Below are positions 62,770 to 64,000 of a stretch of DNA of 64,000 nucleotides, piece by piece. The position numbers and the translations under genes were made by a program. The notes under the pieces were generated by a model. The model did not search any database, was not told where the DNA came from, and was given only the letters and a program-made list of their open reading frames with translations. Location of the stretch: assembly GCA_973895155.1 (NCBI GenBank), contig OZ316897.1, positions 21,551,455 through 21,615,454 on the forward strand. Direction: 5' to 3'. This DNA is from Marsupella aquatica (taxonomy: Eukaryota; Plantae; Marchantiophyta). The first letter of the stretch is position 1. The number at the start of each line of letters is the position of its first letter.

Positions 62770-63745
62770 TTCTCTGGAAAAACATCTAAACTTTCCTGGC
62801 AGCACGATAATAATGCCACTAGAATTTGCCAAAGTAAGTCTTGATGAAAGGAATCAGACAGAAGTGATAATGTTTGCGAAGGAGGCTCAGCGAGGCCAAT
62901 CTCATGAATGCAGAGTCTGCCTTTGTGCAGGAGAACAGAACACCAAATACTATCGTAATGGTTCTTAGTTATCTAGGGAATGGTGTCCCTTAGTTTCGGA
63001 CAAGGGCCGTTGGCTGTCTGCGACACAACAATGTTGGACGTTGCGGCGATTAGCCATTTTCCTATCTTTAAGAGGTTACCTCGCCTACGGGGTTTTGGTT
63101 GTTAACGTTCTCGTGCGATTTTCAAAAACAAAAAAGAAGAAGAATTCCCCTCTTAAGGGCTTCGTATGTGGCATCCCTGGACGTGTAGGGGTAAAATCGG
63201 ATTTCTGTTGTGGTTCCCTTGCAGCCTCGTGTCGTTATTTTATCCATAACCGTGTCTTTATGGCATGAACAAGGTTGCACATTGAGAGGCGGAATTGATG
63301 TATATCGTGGTTTACAGTTTTGGCCACTATTGAGCCATCAGGAATCCCTCCCCCATGAAGGTTTGGATAAGAGAAGCTGTTGCCCCAGACTGGCAGTTTA
63401 GCAAGCTTCAACTTTTCTGGAAATCATCTAATATCTTGCGTTGAAGCTCGCTAACAATAACACAGAAATTTGCCAAATCATACAATATCTTGCCTGGCAG
63501 CGCCAAAATAATGACACTAATTTTTGTCAAAGCAAATGTTGATGAAAGGGATTAGACAGAAAGGGACAGTCTGTGAAGGATGCCTCAGCCGATGAAGGTC
63601 AACCGTTGAGAGTAGCGCACCTAGAGGCCAAATTATGAATGCAGACGTGAGTCTGCCTTGTGGGGAGAAAAGAACACCAAATTACGATTGGAATGCATAA
63701 CAATTATCTAGGGAATTGGTCTCCCTTGGTTTCAGACAAGGTCCA
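62770..63745. repeat. Diverged direct duplication (~62770-63005 versus ~63410-63741)
   Basis: Shared blocks in the same order: CCTGGCAGC..AATAATG.CACTA, TGATGAAAGG.AT.AGACAGAA, ATGAATGCAGA, AGAACACCAAAT and TTATCTAGGGAAT..CCCTT.GTTTC.GACAAGG. Confidence 0.85.
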
Positions 63746-64000
63746 TAGACTAAGAACTCAGAGGCACGACACTAAACCTTTCAGGCTCGAAATCGTGGCT
63801 TGTGATAAGCTTTATTCGAGTGAATTTTACTCGTCCCCTGACATTCTACATTCTATTGGAGATACCCTGGGAGAGTAATTTCCAGAACTTCATACAAGCA
63901 AGGAATGTACACAAAGTATAGAAAAAGGACTCTATTGACTGCTTTATTTAGATTTGCATTTTTCTTCGCTAATGAAGACACAGTAAAAGTTCTCCATCTA

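Overview
Eukaryotic nuclear DNA with GT-AG spliced genes, clearly land plant. A non-seed plant such as a liverwort or other bryophyte is inferred from gene content. Six host protein-coding genes are recognisable: an EDM2-like triple-PHD gene running off the left edge (-), a DUF985/Cupin_5 gene (+), DNA-3-methyladenine glycosylase (-), a small At4g28440-type OB-fold protein (-), a conserved plastid-type membrane protein (+), and an intronless ~1160-aa protein fusing a PARP6/8-type (clade 6) mono-ADP-ribosyltransferase domain to a UBE2Q-type E2 domain (-). The middle (~23-47 kb) is a transposon nest. It holds a decayed Kolobok-like DNA transposon, with a spliced DDE transposase (+) convergent on three tandem KolX/P2X7-ballast-like genes (-), and nested Bianca-type Ty1/copia LTR retrotransposons. 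Several local tandem repeats are present, including a ~60-bp array with two alternating spacer types. The most interesting items are the triplicated KolX-like array lacking the Cys cluster and the PARP-E2 fusion, whose E2 helix-1 segment is exactly triplicated (35 aa / 105 bp). All family assignments come from motif recognition by eye; no searches were run.
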